Of a stretch of DNA of 64,000 bases, positions 47,521 through 59,935 are shown piece by piece. Under the pieces are notes generated by a model. The model searched no databases. It was given only the letters and a program-made list of their open reading frames with translations, and had not been told where the DNA came from. The DNA is from Cyanophora paradoxa CCMP329. Taxonomy: Eukaryota; Plantae; Glaucophyta. The stretch's first letter is position 1. Every line of letters starts with the position of its first letter. Made by a program: the position numbers and the translations under genes. The stretch covers positions 20,484 through 84,483 of the forward strand of contig QPMI01000555.1 in NCBI GenBank assembly GCA_004431415.1, in the 5' to 3' direction.

Positions 47521-48039
47521 TGCACGTGCGGCCACCTTGCCCGCCCCCCACCCGTAGCGCGCCCCTGGCCCGCACCGCCCAGCATGACTTGCCAATTGTT
47601 GGCGGCGGGATCTGGCGGCGCAACTATCAAGCGCCGCCCCAGTTAGTCGACTGTCCCATAGGGGCACGGCGAGAACCTCCCCAGCCTTCTGTGCCGGCTC
47701 GTTACCTCGGGCTTCTTGGCCCCCCGGCCCCATCATGGCATGTTGTTGTCCGAATTCACGCTCTCTGCCCGTTCCCCTACAGCACAGTGCGCTGGGGATG
47801 GGGCTCAGCGTCCGAAGACACGTTGAGGTGGCGGGGAGGAGAAAAGAGAGGGGGGGGGCAGGAGGAGGGTGGTGCAACCCTCGCCCTCTTGATCGCTCTT
47901 GTTCTTATGTATGCTATTCTGGCTGGCTGTGACCTGACTCTTGTTTGGTAGGGGTACTGCATTCGTGCTGCGTTCGCTACGCTCACCCCGCGGCCTCCGG
48001 CGGCGGTACCCGGCTTCGGATCCCCGAACCCGGAAGAAA

Positions 48040-48260
48040 CCGCGTACCCCTCCCCGGGGTACGCCGTTCGCCCCAACCGGCCCCACAAGGCGCGGCCCGA
48101 GGCCGAACGCGTACCCCGGAGAGGGGTACGGCGTCAGAGCGGCCCGATCAAGTGTACCCCCGAGCGGGTACCCCGATCGGCCCCGCGACGGCCCCGAGCG
48201 GAGTACCCCGAGCGGGGTACACCGCCTCGGTCCCGCAACGGCCCTCACCGGGGTACAGGC
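48040..48260. repeat. Cluster of gtacccc...ggggtac hairpins and a ~28-bp inverted repeat
   Basis: cgtacccctccccggggtacgccgttcg ... cgaacgcgtaccccggagaggggtacg; further gtaccccgagcggggtac units follow. Confidence 0.75.
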
Positions 48261-51200
48261 GCCTAGCGCGCTTACCCCGGAGAGTTCTTGTTCCGGAACT
48301 CGCAAGGGCGAGGCCGGAATGGCATACGGCGATCCGCCCTGGTCGATCGCCAACGTATTATGATACGTGGTTCCCGGGAAAGCAGCCTTGAGCTGCCGTA
48401 CCTCAGGGCCCAACCGATGCGCTATCCCGTGCATCTAGCTAAGTAGTGTCAGGCGTAAGATAGCTAGGTCTTCTGCATTCGAATGAAGCGAGGCGTAAAT
48501 GCATATGTACCGCAATTGCAAGTTCGCGTCGGCGTGCGGCGCGTCGAGCAGCGCGCTGCAAGCGGAGAAAGATCGAAAGTCAGCGCCAGGCTCAAGCCCG
48601 AAGCTAAGAGGCGCGGCGCTGGGAGGCGTACCGTGCCGCATATGCATATGCATGCGCAGCGCCTGGAGAAGCACGGCCTGGGCCGCCTCACGGATCGACG
48701 CCTGGCGTGCAATCCATTCGCATCATGGCATCGAGCCACGCGCGCGCGCCGCGGGGCGCGCGCCGTAAGCTGTAACTCGGCGGCGCCGCACGAGCTCGCA
48801 AGCACTGCGAGCCGCGACGGTTATTCAAGTGCAGAAAGACGACATAGAGAGAGCGCACCGGCAACCACCTCATGATCAGAGCGCATTGCGAAGCCGAGGA
48901 GCGAAGCGAACGGGCGAGCGCGGTACCCCAAGCCGGCGCAAAAAAGATCGTGCGTGACAGCATCTCGCTCCACAGCGTGCGGGCGAGCAGCTGGACGGGA
49001 GAATGCGCTCATTCGCGGTTCCAGAGCACGATTGGCCTGTCTCGGAAGCGCCGCCCACGGCAATCCCGCCTCGCAAGCCGCCGCCTCGCACGCCGCCGCC
49101 TCGTGCCCCGCCTTGAGGAACCTTCGAGCACGTTGAGCTGCCTTCTTGGATCGTCCGCAGCCGGCTGAACCGCGCGCGGTCTGCAAACAGCTAGGGCTGC
49201 ATCGCAGCTAGGGCGGCATGAGCCGCCTGCAGCTGTCGATTCATTCGCGATCCTGAGCGTGCTCTGGTCGGTCACCCCTGCACCCGTTCTCGGCGGCGCG
49301 CAGTATCTCACCCGTACGCGTGCACCCATCGCGCAGAGCTAGCGGGCCGCCCGGCATCCGGTGATGCGGATGTAGGTGCTCGTCGCACGCTGCTCTTGCT
49401 GGTGAGCGGATCCGAAGCCCGTGGCCGCGGCCGCGCGCGTCTCACCCGAACCACGCAGCCTGTCATCCTTCGCGCGGGCGGAGACTCGCAGCCTGAGGGC
49501 TGCGTGGTTCGGGTGAGAGACGCGCTTCCCTGGCGCCTGCTCGCAGCTGCGTGAGGAGGATTGGCGCTACTGATCCGCCGCGCGGCTCGCCGCCCCGGAG
49601 CCGCGGCCGCCATTCCACCGCGCCCCGCCCCGCCCCGCCGGCGCCGTCGCCCCGCTGTCCGGCGGCCCCAGCCCACTGCTCCGGCTCCAGTCGTCAGCTA
49701 GCACCAGGCCAGCGCCTCTCTTTCTACGTTCAGTGCCTCCGCCCGCCGCTCCCAGCGGCACTGTGCCGCGGCCGGCTTCTAGCGCTAGCACGCTGCCCCA
49801 ACGTTTACCACTATCGAGTTTCCGCGTGCTGTAGCCTATAGCTATGTCACATCATGTTCTGCAGGCTGCAGCTATGTGAAAAGCGGCTTTGTGTGAAAAG
49901 CGGACCCTGCGGGATCCGAGCTCGGTACCGAAAAAACCGGGACGCCATAGTAAAAAACCGGGACATGTCCCCGGTTTTTACTATGGCGGCGGCCGGATCA
50001 AGTTGCAAACTGGCCCATACAAAAAACCGGGACGGGAGTCGCCTGCTTTTCGCGGCGAAATGGAAGGCCCGAAACTGAGGCCGCGGGGGCGATCGCGAGC
50101 GCAAAACGTTAACGCGAGCGCAATCATGATCATGATCACTTGGGGCGCCGCCCACAGCTGCAGGCCAGCTGGTCCCTAGCGCTAGCCTCAGCCTGGCAGG
50201 GCTTCAGCCTGGCGGCCCGGGCTTAGGGCTGGCCCGGGTGTCGCTTGGCTCGATTCCCCGGCCTTGCGGTGACTTAGTGACTAGAGCTAGTTGGTGCCTG
50301 ACGTAACCTGAGTGGCTTAGCATAGTCTCTCTTCCTGTAGGCTTACCTCTCGGTAGCCTACGCTGGCCTGCCTCTACCTGTCTTAGGGGTACAGAGTCAG
50401 TAGTCTTCCGGGTACACAGTGAATACACCAGCCTGCATCTACAGCTGCTCCAGCACAGGGAGCCGGCCCCGCGCAGTACTGCGCGGGTGCCTAATCGGGT
50501 GGGAATCTTCCCATCCGACAGGCGCCACTGCTCACGGAACTGGGCCCGTGGGCAGCCTCCGACAGCATCAGCCCATCATCTTCGGCGACCAGCAGCGATG
50601 CGCACGCATCGCTAGTAGCTCTAGAAGATCTTCTCAGTGCCGAGCGGCGACCCCCGCGCACCGGCGGGCCCGGATCGGCGTGCGATCGATACGCACACAG
50701 CGATCAGCCTCAGCGAGCCGCCAGGCTCTCCGTCAGCGCACCGGAAACGTAGAACTAGCTCTGGAGAACCGATAAATGCGGTCGGACGCGCCCTCCCGTC
50801 GCCCTCGCCGACGGACGCCGCAGATCTTGTCCAGATCCCCGAGGGACAACCTCGACGCCCATGCCCGTACGCGCGCCCCGCCGCGCAGCGCCGCGCGTAC
50901 GGCCTCGAGCAGATAAAAGAAGACCTTTACGACGACCGGCGACTGGCGAACCTCGCCCTGGACCGAGGCGTGCATGAGTCTGGTCGATCGGCTGTGCTGG
51001 CTCTCGCTAGCCTTGCACTCCGAGCCCAGCGCTTCGCGCCGGAGTTCTCCACGGCCTGTGCTAGCGCAGCGCACGCGCACGGCCCTCGGGGTGCGCGCCT
51101 GGCCCTCGCCCTTGAGATTTGATCTGCTGGGGTCGGCAGATTTGATCCTGGCACTGGACGCGTACGGGCTCGGACCTCGCCTGCGCCGCGCGCGCCCCAC

Positions 51201-54200
51201 TAAGCGCGGGCGGTCGCGGGCCACCTATAGAGAGCCAGGCGAGCCGCTCGCCCGCAGATCCTTCAGCGGATCTGGAGGAGACGTGGGGGCAGCCGCGTGG
51301 CTTAGCCTGGCGCCCACGGCCGCGGGCTGAGGTTCTGGCTCAGCGCGGTTACGACGGCCAGAACTTAGTCCTGCGGAAGCCAGGCCCGCGCGCGAATACC
51401 CGAGGGTGCTATTCCCGGTCGGATTCGTCGACGCCGCCTGCGCGAGCTGCCGTGCGAGCCCGAGGGTGCTATTCCCGGTCGGTCGCCAGTCACTCGCCGC
51501 GACGCCAGCCCTCTACGGCTGCTGCGATCGTGCTGGACAAGCTCGAGTGGACCGGATTGAGAACTGAGGCCGCGCGCCCGAGTTCCTTCCGGGCGAGAGG
51601 AAGAGCGATCGGATCGATGGCTGAGGCGTGCGCGCCCGAGCTGTCTCCAGAATCGCCGCAGCCGAGCTTGCTCGCCGCTGCTGTGGACCACGACGGCCTT
51701 GGATCTCGAGTGAGGCACATTCTCTCACGGACTAGCGTGGCTTTACGCCGTCGCTTGACCTGAGAATGCCCTCAAGACCTGGAGCTCAAGTGGCCCGACT
51801 GCAGAGCGGACCCACCTGCTGCCTCGCGCGCAGGCAGGGCCCTCTTGCCCCGCCATGGCCAAGATCTCGAGCTTGAGAGCATTAGCCTTCCCTTGGCTGA
51901 TGCTTCCCTCGGCCTCAACTCTTGATCATGAGTGCCTGCCAGGCTGCGCGCTGGCCATGCATATATGCATATGGCCTCGGATCTGACGCATGCGCAACGC
52001 CGGCGCCGCGCGCGGTGACGGTGATGCACTCGGTGCTAGCGGCACAAACATCGAATATCTACGCAAGGCTCAAGCTTGATTCAATGATTAAGCTGCAGGC
52101 CTAGCTGCGAGACGTGGTCTCATGATCAGGCTCACTTCTAGAGCTTGCAAAATCGAGACGTAAAGCCCTAGCTATACGCTAGCTGTCTGCCTCGGAGCTT
52201 GACTCACAGTGAGCTCGCGGCACGTATACGTACGCACTACCGTACGCGTAGTACGTGACCTGCAGCTCAGTTGGCCCTGCAGCTGCACTAGTACTAGTAC
52301 TGCGGCAGCTGCAGCTGGCCGGCACCTGGCACACCGTGACACCTTCTATCGTGAAGCACCGAGGACGGTGCTAGCAAGAAGGGGAGTGATGCCATGATAT
52401 CGATCATGATCATGATGGCAAGCTGCGGCAGTACCGCATGCGTATGCACAGTACGCGAGCTGCTGACCATGATCATGCAAATGCAAGACCACGGGCTCGA
52501 GCTGCACAATCGAATTAAAACGCGCCCCGCGAGGCCTCCCCGCGAGCTCGCCAAGCTCGCCGTGTCTGCTGGGTTCGCGAAGGCCAAGGCTCCCGCCACG
52601 TGCAAGCGGGCGCGGCCGCGGGCCGCCCTGCGGCCAGAACGCTTTGCGCCGACGGCACCTGAGCCAGCCCTGCCGCCTCGAGCTCCGAAGCGACGAGAGC
52701 TGGGCCCGGCCCCTGCCGTTGAGGAGCGCTAAATTCCCTCTGACGAGGGGATGCCCGACGACCTCGGGGCGACTTGGGCGCCCCAGCCACGTGCACCCTG
52801 CTGGAGAGCGCTCCGAGCTCGAGGCTCACGCCAAAGCAGACGCTCCACGGCCGGGCGAGGCCGGCGACGAGTCGCCGCCTATAGCTAGTGGGCCCGCCCC
52901 ACCGGACGCCTGTGACACCAACGACTTTCCCCTCGCGCTTGCCGAGCTCGAGGAAGTCCCCAAGCGCTCGGAGACTGGACATCGTTGGTGGGGCGCTAGA
53001 GGGTTCGCCGAGCCACGGCCCTGCACCCCGACGAGATCTTCCCCCGCGGCCCCGGGGCCCTGCCGCAGTGCCCTGAGGTGGCCCAGTGGCAGCCCGGGGA
53101 CGAGTACAACACGCGCCACTGGCGCTCGCCGGTCAATCCCGAGGACCGGCTGACTCCCGATCCGCATCGGGTAGAAGCCGGAGTTCCGGGGTCTGCCAGG
53201 CCTCGGCCAGCCGGGCCTACGCATGACCGGCGAACCCCATCGCGATTGCGACTGCAAGCCTCGGAGCTGCTAGGCTGCTCGACTGCAGTCGCGATCGAGA
53301 GCCAGGCTGAGCGTTTGATTTCTGCAGCAAGCTCCTTCGGGGCCTTGACTGCGAAATTGGGAAATTTACCCCGCATGAAATTGGGAAATTTACCCCGCAC
53401 GAGCTTCAAGCTCGGATCAGGGCTGCCGGGCCTCGCAACCGGCCCCTCAGGGCCTAGGCCTGTCCGACGATCTTCCCGCAGCACTGCGTGCTGCATTCGA
53501 GAGCGCCGGTCGGCATCCTGAGGCCTTGATGCTCGAATTCGAGCCGCCCCCCGACCAGGCCTGGATCTCGAGGCCCGGCCTGCACTTCTGCCCGTCTGAG
53601 GCCCGCCGAGAGCGGCGCGTTCCACGCACAGCCGGCCCATGTGGCTCCCGAGCTCGAGGTTCACCTGGCTACCTAGCCTGTGCCCCGTGGTCTACGAGTT
53701 CGAGCCTAGCGCTAGCCCTGGCGGCGATGCGAACTGCGGATTCGAGCTGCGAGCACCGGCGCGAACCGTAATCACGAGCCCCAGGCTCGAGAGGGACCCG
53801 AGTTGCTGAGGCTCTAGATCTCTGCCTACAGCTGTCGCGAAAAGCGCAAGCCGCCCCGCAGCCGGGCCTGGCCCAAGATTGAAGGCGCCGCGCGGCGCAC
53901 CTCTAGCCAGCACCTGGCCTGGCCTGCTCAATGCAAGCTCTCAACTCCCGAAGTCCGGATCCCGAGACTCTCCGATCCGGACTGGAAGCTGTCAGGCCGA
54001 GATCCGGATCCGCCGGGCCGGACCCCGAAGCTCACGCTTGCTGTTCGAGCGAGACGTCGACGCTCTGGGCCCCGGTTGACTAAGCCTTGGAGCAATCGCA
54101 AGCCGCCACTGTGCCAGCTCGAACGCCCGGCGGCCCGCCCGGCGCGGCGCCTCGCGATCGAGCTCGAGCTCGCTTCCGAGCCCTGGATCCGGTTATGGGT

Positions 54201-55453
54201 CAATTTCGGCTCTCATGATCAGGACCTGCTGGCACTGCGAGTTCGGCCCCGCCGTTAACGTTGCCGCCGCGTGCACGTGCCAGCGGGTACAGCTTGAGCT
54301 CAGCCGCGAGTTGAGGGCCGGAAGTCACGTGCATGAGCACGTCCACCACGGCTCAGAGCTGCCCAGCTTCCAAGGCTCCGCGGCTGCTGAGCCCCAGGCC
54401 TGCGATCAGACCTGCGACTGGCAGTGCCAAGCCTCGCCAGGCACAAATTCGATGCCGTCACGGCGTTTCGGTCTCGGCCGCCGACACCTGCCGGTCCCGG
54501 TCTCGGCCGCCGGGCCTCGGGATTTGCGCTCTCAATGCGTAAATCGAGTTTTGCGCCGACAGAATGCGAACAAAGAAGACCGTAGCCGAGCGCCAGGCAC
54601 GAAAGAGCTGAGCGACTCGCTAGCCGCGGAAGCGGCGCGAGGCGAGCACGGGATTAGCAGCAGGCTGCTGCGAGCGCCCCGCAAGGGACTAGCTGAGCTA
54701 GCCGTTGGGCCGAGCCGGCGGGCTTGAAGCCGCCGAGCTCCGGGGGTACGCTGATTCGGGTTTTCCCTTCACGCCCAGCTTCGCTCGCGGCCGCCCAGGC
54801 CACGAAGCGACCAGCGGCGAAGCGAAATCGCCACAGCCAGCACTGCAGTCACTCCTAAACAGCCCTGTCGGACCGGCGGCCGCACTTCTCGGCCGTCCCT
54901 CCAATTGCACAGAGCTGACCAACTCTGCAGCACCACGGCTCGCCATAGCTGCAGTGGAGCGCGATCCCGCGGCAGCAACTGCGCATGCCTCGATGGCTGG
55001 CCGGCGCAAACCCTGTTCCCAGCGATCCTCCCGGAATCGGCCTCGGGCCCCGATTCACGCTTGAATCTGGTTCCTTACTGCCGTGCCGGTACGTGGATTC
55101 ACGTCCGGGCCCGCCCGCCACGCTCGCATCCCGCGCGCGCTGGCTATCCCGGGGCCCACCGTCAGTCCGCGGCCGCCGGCTTGCCTATACACTCTATATA
55201 AGCGTGTATTGAGACCCGCCGCGCGATTCCTCCGGTTCCCTGACCAATTCCTGCACGCATGCTCCGGAGCTCCTCGGCGCTCGCACCGGACGTCGACACC
55301 GCCGCTGTGCCACGCCGGCGGAGCTCGCGCAGGACTGCCCCGGCCTGCTGGCGCGCGCGCTGCAGACCCACCGCGAAGTCGGGGCTTGGATCGTGCCTTC
55401 CGCGTGATCCACCGACGGACGGTGCCCAGCCGCTCGCGCGGCTCGGGAGGCGA

Positions 55454-56007
55454 CGGAGTACGGCTCTCGCGTGCGCCTCGCGCTGTGGGACGGCCCGCGT
55501 GCGCCTCGCGCTGTGGTCCTGTACTCGGAGTTCGGAGGCCGCGCGCGACTCTCGCTGTGGCCCGATCCCCCGGCGGATTCCGGCCGCGACCGCGGCCGGC
55601 GAACTTCCACCAGGAGCACGGATCTCGCGAGCGCCTCGCTGTGAGATGGCCCGCGTGCGTTCGTCGCTGTGGGCCCCGTGCAAGGAGTTCCGGGCCGCGT
55701 GCGCCCCGCTGTGGCCCCAGACCGCTTCAGCGGCACCAGCCGCTCCCGCGGCCGGCGAACTCCCAACCTGGCCTTCGAATTCGACTCCCGCGTGCGCCTC
55801 GCGCTGCGGGACGGCCCGCGTGCGCCTCGCGCTGTGGGCCCCTACTCGGAGTTCGGAGGCCGCGCGCGACTCTCGCTGCGGCCCGCTCCGCCCCCGGCGG
55901 ACCCCGGCCGCGCCCGCGGCCGGCGAACTTCGACCAGGAGCACGGGTCTCGCGAGCGCCTCGCTGTGAGATGGGCCCGCGAGCGTTCGTCGCTGTGGGCC
56001 CCCGTGT
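55454..56007. repeat. Array of ~300-bp dimeric units related to the 160-bp monomer (continues 61453-62110)
   Basis: Shares cggagtacgg, tactcggagttc and cggccgcg-ccgcggccggcga motifs with 39481-40260. Confidence 0.85.
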
Positions 56008-56789
56008 AGGTTGCAGAAACCTTCTCCGGTGCAATCTGGTGCAATCTGTGTCGACCTGTGTCGACCTGTGTCCAGCTGTGCCCACCCGTGTCGACCTGTG
56101 CCCACCCGTGTCGGCCTGTGCCTACCCGTGTCCGCCTGTGCCTACCCGTGTCCGCCTGTGCCTACCGTGTCCGCCTGTGCCTACCCGTGCTCCCTGTGCC
56201 TACCCGTGTCGGCCTGTGTTTCGCCGTGCCACCCTGTGTGTTTGTGCAACCGGTACCGGTACCCTGTGTAAATCGGTACAAAACTCGATTTTAGTAATTA
56301 AAGTTAACTAAAAATTATCTCAACTTCGTGAAATTATAATTAATTGCGCATGCCGGCCAGCGCGGCCCGGACCATGGCCAGGCCGGGGCGCCGGCGCCGA
56401 CGCCGGCGCCGGCCGCGGCCCGGGGGCACTCTCCAGCTGGGGATGCACATGTGCAGGCCTAGGAAGCCCGGCAGGGCCGCTGCTCTCCAAAGCTCCACAA
56501 CTATATACAGAAAGCAGTCATACGTATACAGAAAACGCATTGCCAGCGAAAAATGCATGCGCGCGCAGGCAGCGCAGCCCTGTCAATAGCTAGCACCGAG
56601 AGAACGAATTGCAGCTGCTGCCCCTCCCTCTGAGCCATACTCCCGAAAACAGCGAGCTCCTGACCGCCGCCCGGCTAGCAGCACGATCGCTGGTCGCTGC
56701 GAGCACGCGAGTGTCAAAAACGAGCTGTGCGCCTCTGCAAGTGAAGGGAGCAGCGCTAGCAGACCGGATCAGACGTGAAGCGACGCAAC

Positions 56790-57100
56790 CCGCACAAGGT
56801 CATGCGGCACTCGCGGCGCTCGTTGCGCTGTGCGCAACGCGGTCACCGGACGTTCGAACAGAAAGAGATAACGTTGGCATGCGCGCGCGCGGCTGTGCAC
56901 CTCGGCAAAGAGAAGCGGCTGAAGGCGGAGTGACAGTGACAGCGGCGCCATCTCCGCCAGTAGCCGAGGGCGAGGACGAGGCGCTCGCTGCGCTCGGAGC
57001 GTCAAGCGAAAGAAGAGAAGAACGCGCGCCTGCGAAAAGACCGCACCCGTCCGAGCTCCCGCCGCAAGAAGTGCGAGATGCCAGCCGCGCGTGAACGGCA
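56790..57100. repeat. Inverted repeat arm (partner 60285-60592)
   Basis: gagggcgaggacgaggcgctcgctgcgctcggagcgtcaagcgaaag... occurs reverse-complemented at ~60375-60420, with matching flanks. Confidence 0.92.
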
Positions 57101-59399
57101 CCGCTGCGCTGCGCGCGTCCCCGGTGTCAGAACAAGATCAAGGCGAGAGTAGCGGATCGGAAACAAGAGCGAGCACCTGGCCTGCGGGAGAAGGAGCCAG
57201 GCGGGCTGCGAGTGATGGAAGAGACAGAACCCGGAACCGGGCGAAGCGCGCCGTGTTAGCGAGGCTCGTGCGTTAGCATCGTCCGCGAGGTTTCTTGACC
57301 AGCGGGACCGCTTCCCGCCCGGCGCCAAGAGTGCCAGCGAGCAAGTCGCGGCCGCCACTTGGCCGTGCTCGCGGGGCTCGGTCGTGCGTGTTCCCTGACA
57401 TGCAAGCGGGATGAGCGATCGAAGGAAACAGACGGAAACCAGAAACACCTTGCTTCGCATCGGCAGGGGCCTCGCCTTTCTGCGCGGGCCTGTCAAAGCA
57501 ACATAAGCTGACCGGCGGCGGCCGGGCAACGAGTAGAGATTAAGGGCGGAAGGAGGTCGAAAACGACGCGTTCGAGAGCGTTCGCGGCCGCGGCCGAACC
57601 CAGCAGCAGGGGCAGCGACAGTCTGCGTTTGAAATCAGACCCAGCACGAGCCGGGCGAGAGCCTTGAGGCGCAAGAGGTGCTTCAAGCATCGTTCGCTCT
57701 CAAAGCGGCCGCGTTCACTGCAGCAACAGCACCGCTGCTCGGCCTGTTCGCAGAGTCAGGGAGTCCGGCTGCGCGGCGAAGCCCAGAACCGACGCACCGA
57801 GCCGCCGTGCTGCCAGGAGTTGCAACTATCTGGCAAGGCCGTCTGCCGCCGCGAGGGCCAGCCGCCGCAGTCACCGTCACGGCGGTCAGCAAGTTTGGGG
57901 TACGACAACGAATTCCCTTGGAGCGCTAGGCCTAGGCCTAGGTCTGGTCATGTGCGTTCCTCGCTTCGATCCGCCTTCCAATGCATCAAACCCTCTCTAT
58001 AAGGAGCAGTTCATGACGTGGCACGCATTGCTGGTGTCGTGCAGCTTAATGAGTCACAGGCCCCCCTTGGCAAAAAAAGGTGCTAGCGCCTAATGGCTTT
58101 AGATCTAAACTCGGATTGTTTCAAAATCAGAGAGAGGACCCTCGAAAGCTTTGACGACTTCATTTTGACGGTAATCAGCAATTCCAGGAATGACTTCTTT
58201 CAGTACTGAAGAGAAGATGAGCTGTTCATCAAGTCACCAGACTGTGCTCATGATGTGCTCAGTGAGACACATGAAGGTGCACCGACGTTCCGGGAATCGG
58301 CAGACCGGACAAAAAATTTATTCCTGTAATCTGGAAGTTAAGGGCTTTCTAAAGAGGTATTTAGCGTGTCTTGAGTCGATGCTGGCAACCCGTGAGAGCA
58401 TGGCATGTTTCAACCATGGCCCCTGCAATATCTCAGCGAAAACTCGTATTGGGCCTTCCGAAAGCGGCTTCAAATCACTCTTATAATCAATACCTTACTT
58501 TAGGAGTGCTTGAGATCATATGGATGCGATCCTGCAGAGACTAATTTGGTCATTTTCACTTCTTTGCCCCCCCTGGATTTCAGCCACAAGAGAGTGCGTT
58601 CAGAGGGTCAAGAGTCACAGCTTAGTGCTGAAACAATTACTATGTGCATAAATACAACCAAACGAAGCATTCGCTTCACTGTTCGCACCTGTAGCAGCCC
58701 GAAATGCATTTTTCAAGGAAATTCGACGATAATGGCCGTCATTCCTCCCCCCCCCCCTTTTTTTACGGACGATACCCAGCGGTGCCAGCTGCAGCTGCTG
58801 CGCTTGCGCCCTTGGCCTCAAGTTCGCTCGGCTGGCTGCAGTGCAGAGTCTGCAGCTCCTCAGCTTCCCACTCCAGCTCCCTTCGTGCTCGGGCCAGATG
58901 CGCTTCGCACCTCGCAGACTTGGCGGCCGCTCGTGGCACGCAGCGCGCGGCTATTTCGCCAGCCAGATGGTGTTGCCGCAGGATGGCCTCCGCCTTGACT
59001 GCATCCGCGCGCCCGCGCGCTGACTTGCTTGTTCCCAACGCCCGTACTCGCCGTGCTCGCCAAGTTCTTCGCCTACCTGTCTGGATACTCTCCGTACGTC
59101 TCACTCACGCCCGCAGATCGCGTCTCTGACCCGCGGCCTGTTAGGAGCGTTCAACGCGTCGACGGTTGGGCGGCACGCTGGCCGCCGCTGACTTAGAGCT
59201 CTCGCACGCTTCCGTGCGCGAAGCGTTCCTCTAAGATGGGCCCGGCCCGCAGTGCATGTGGGTCTGGACTCGCCGGGCGCTGCGTGCGCGCGGAACGACG
59301 CCGAACTCCCGATTGGCGGTCGTCTCGGGTGCGCCTCCCAAGCATAGCTTGGGGCCAGCGGCGCGCGAATGCATAGCTGACGATGCGCAGGACGTAACC

Positions 59400-59935
59400 C
59401 GGCGCGGCCTTCGGCGGCGCGGCTCGCCGCACGGGGCAGCAGCGGACGGCGGCGGCACGGCTCGCGGGACGGGGCGGCGGCGCGGCGGGCGGCGGCGCGC
59501 TCGCGGGACGGAGCGGCGGCGCAGCGGGCAGCGGGGCGGCTCGCGGAACGGGGCGGTGGCCGGCAAGCCGCGTCGCCGCCCGCTGCGCCGCCGCCCAGCG
59601 AGCCGCCCCGCCGCCCGCCGCCGACACCCGCCGCGAAAGGATCCCGCGCCCGGCGGGGCGGGCGGAGCTGCGTGGCTTGGCCGGCCGGGGCGCCGGCCGG
59701 GCGCCGGCGCAGCGGGCGCCGGCGCCGGCGCGGCTCGCTGTACGGGGCGGAGGCCCGGCGGGCGGAGGCGCGGCTCGCTGGACGGGGCGGGGGCGCCGCG
59801 GTCGGCTCGCTGTACGGGGCGGAGGCGCGGCAGGCGGCGGCGCGGCTCGCCGGACGCGGCGAGGCGCAACTCGCCGTACAGGGCGCACTCAGGAGGCGCG
59901 GCGGGCGGCGGCGCGGCTCGCCGGACGGGGCGGAG
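59400..59935. repeat. GC-rich degenerate minisatellite (ggcggcgcggctcgc...acggggcgg)
   Basis: Motif recurs about a dozen times. Confidence 0.75.

Larger units (their letters stand above)
38546..48505. mobile_element. 9,960-bp non-coding composite satellite-carrying element (Helitron-like junction)
   Basis: The paralogue reads ggcga|tgtaccgcaattg at 18959/18960. Here ggcga|TCGGGATTTG...gcata|tgtaccgcaattg. A related internal organisation recurs from 54517. Confidence 0.7.

Noticed and set aside
50248-50270. tRNA T-arm-like ggctcgattccccggcc
   Set aside because: No D-arm, anticodon arm or acceptor stem can be built.
51401-51482. Short direct repeats (cgagggtgctattcccggtcgg x2; also 53353-53399, 60038-60103)
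   Set aside because: Only two copies each; consistent with local slippage duplication.
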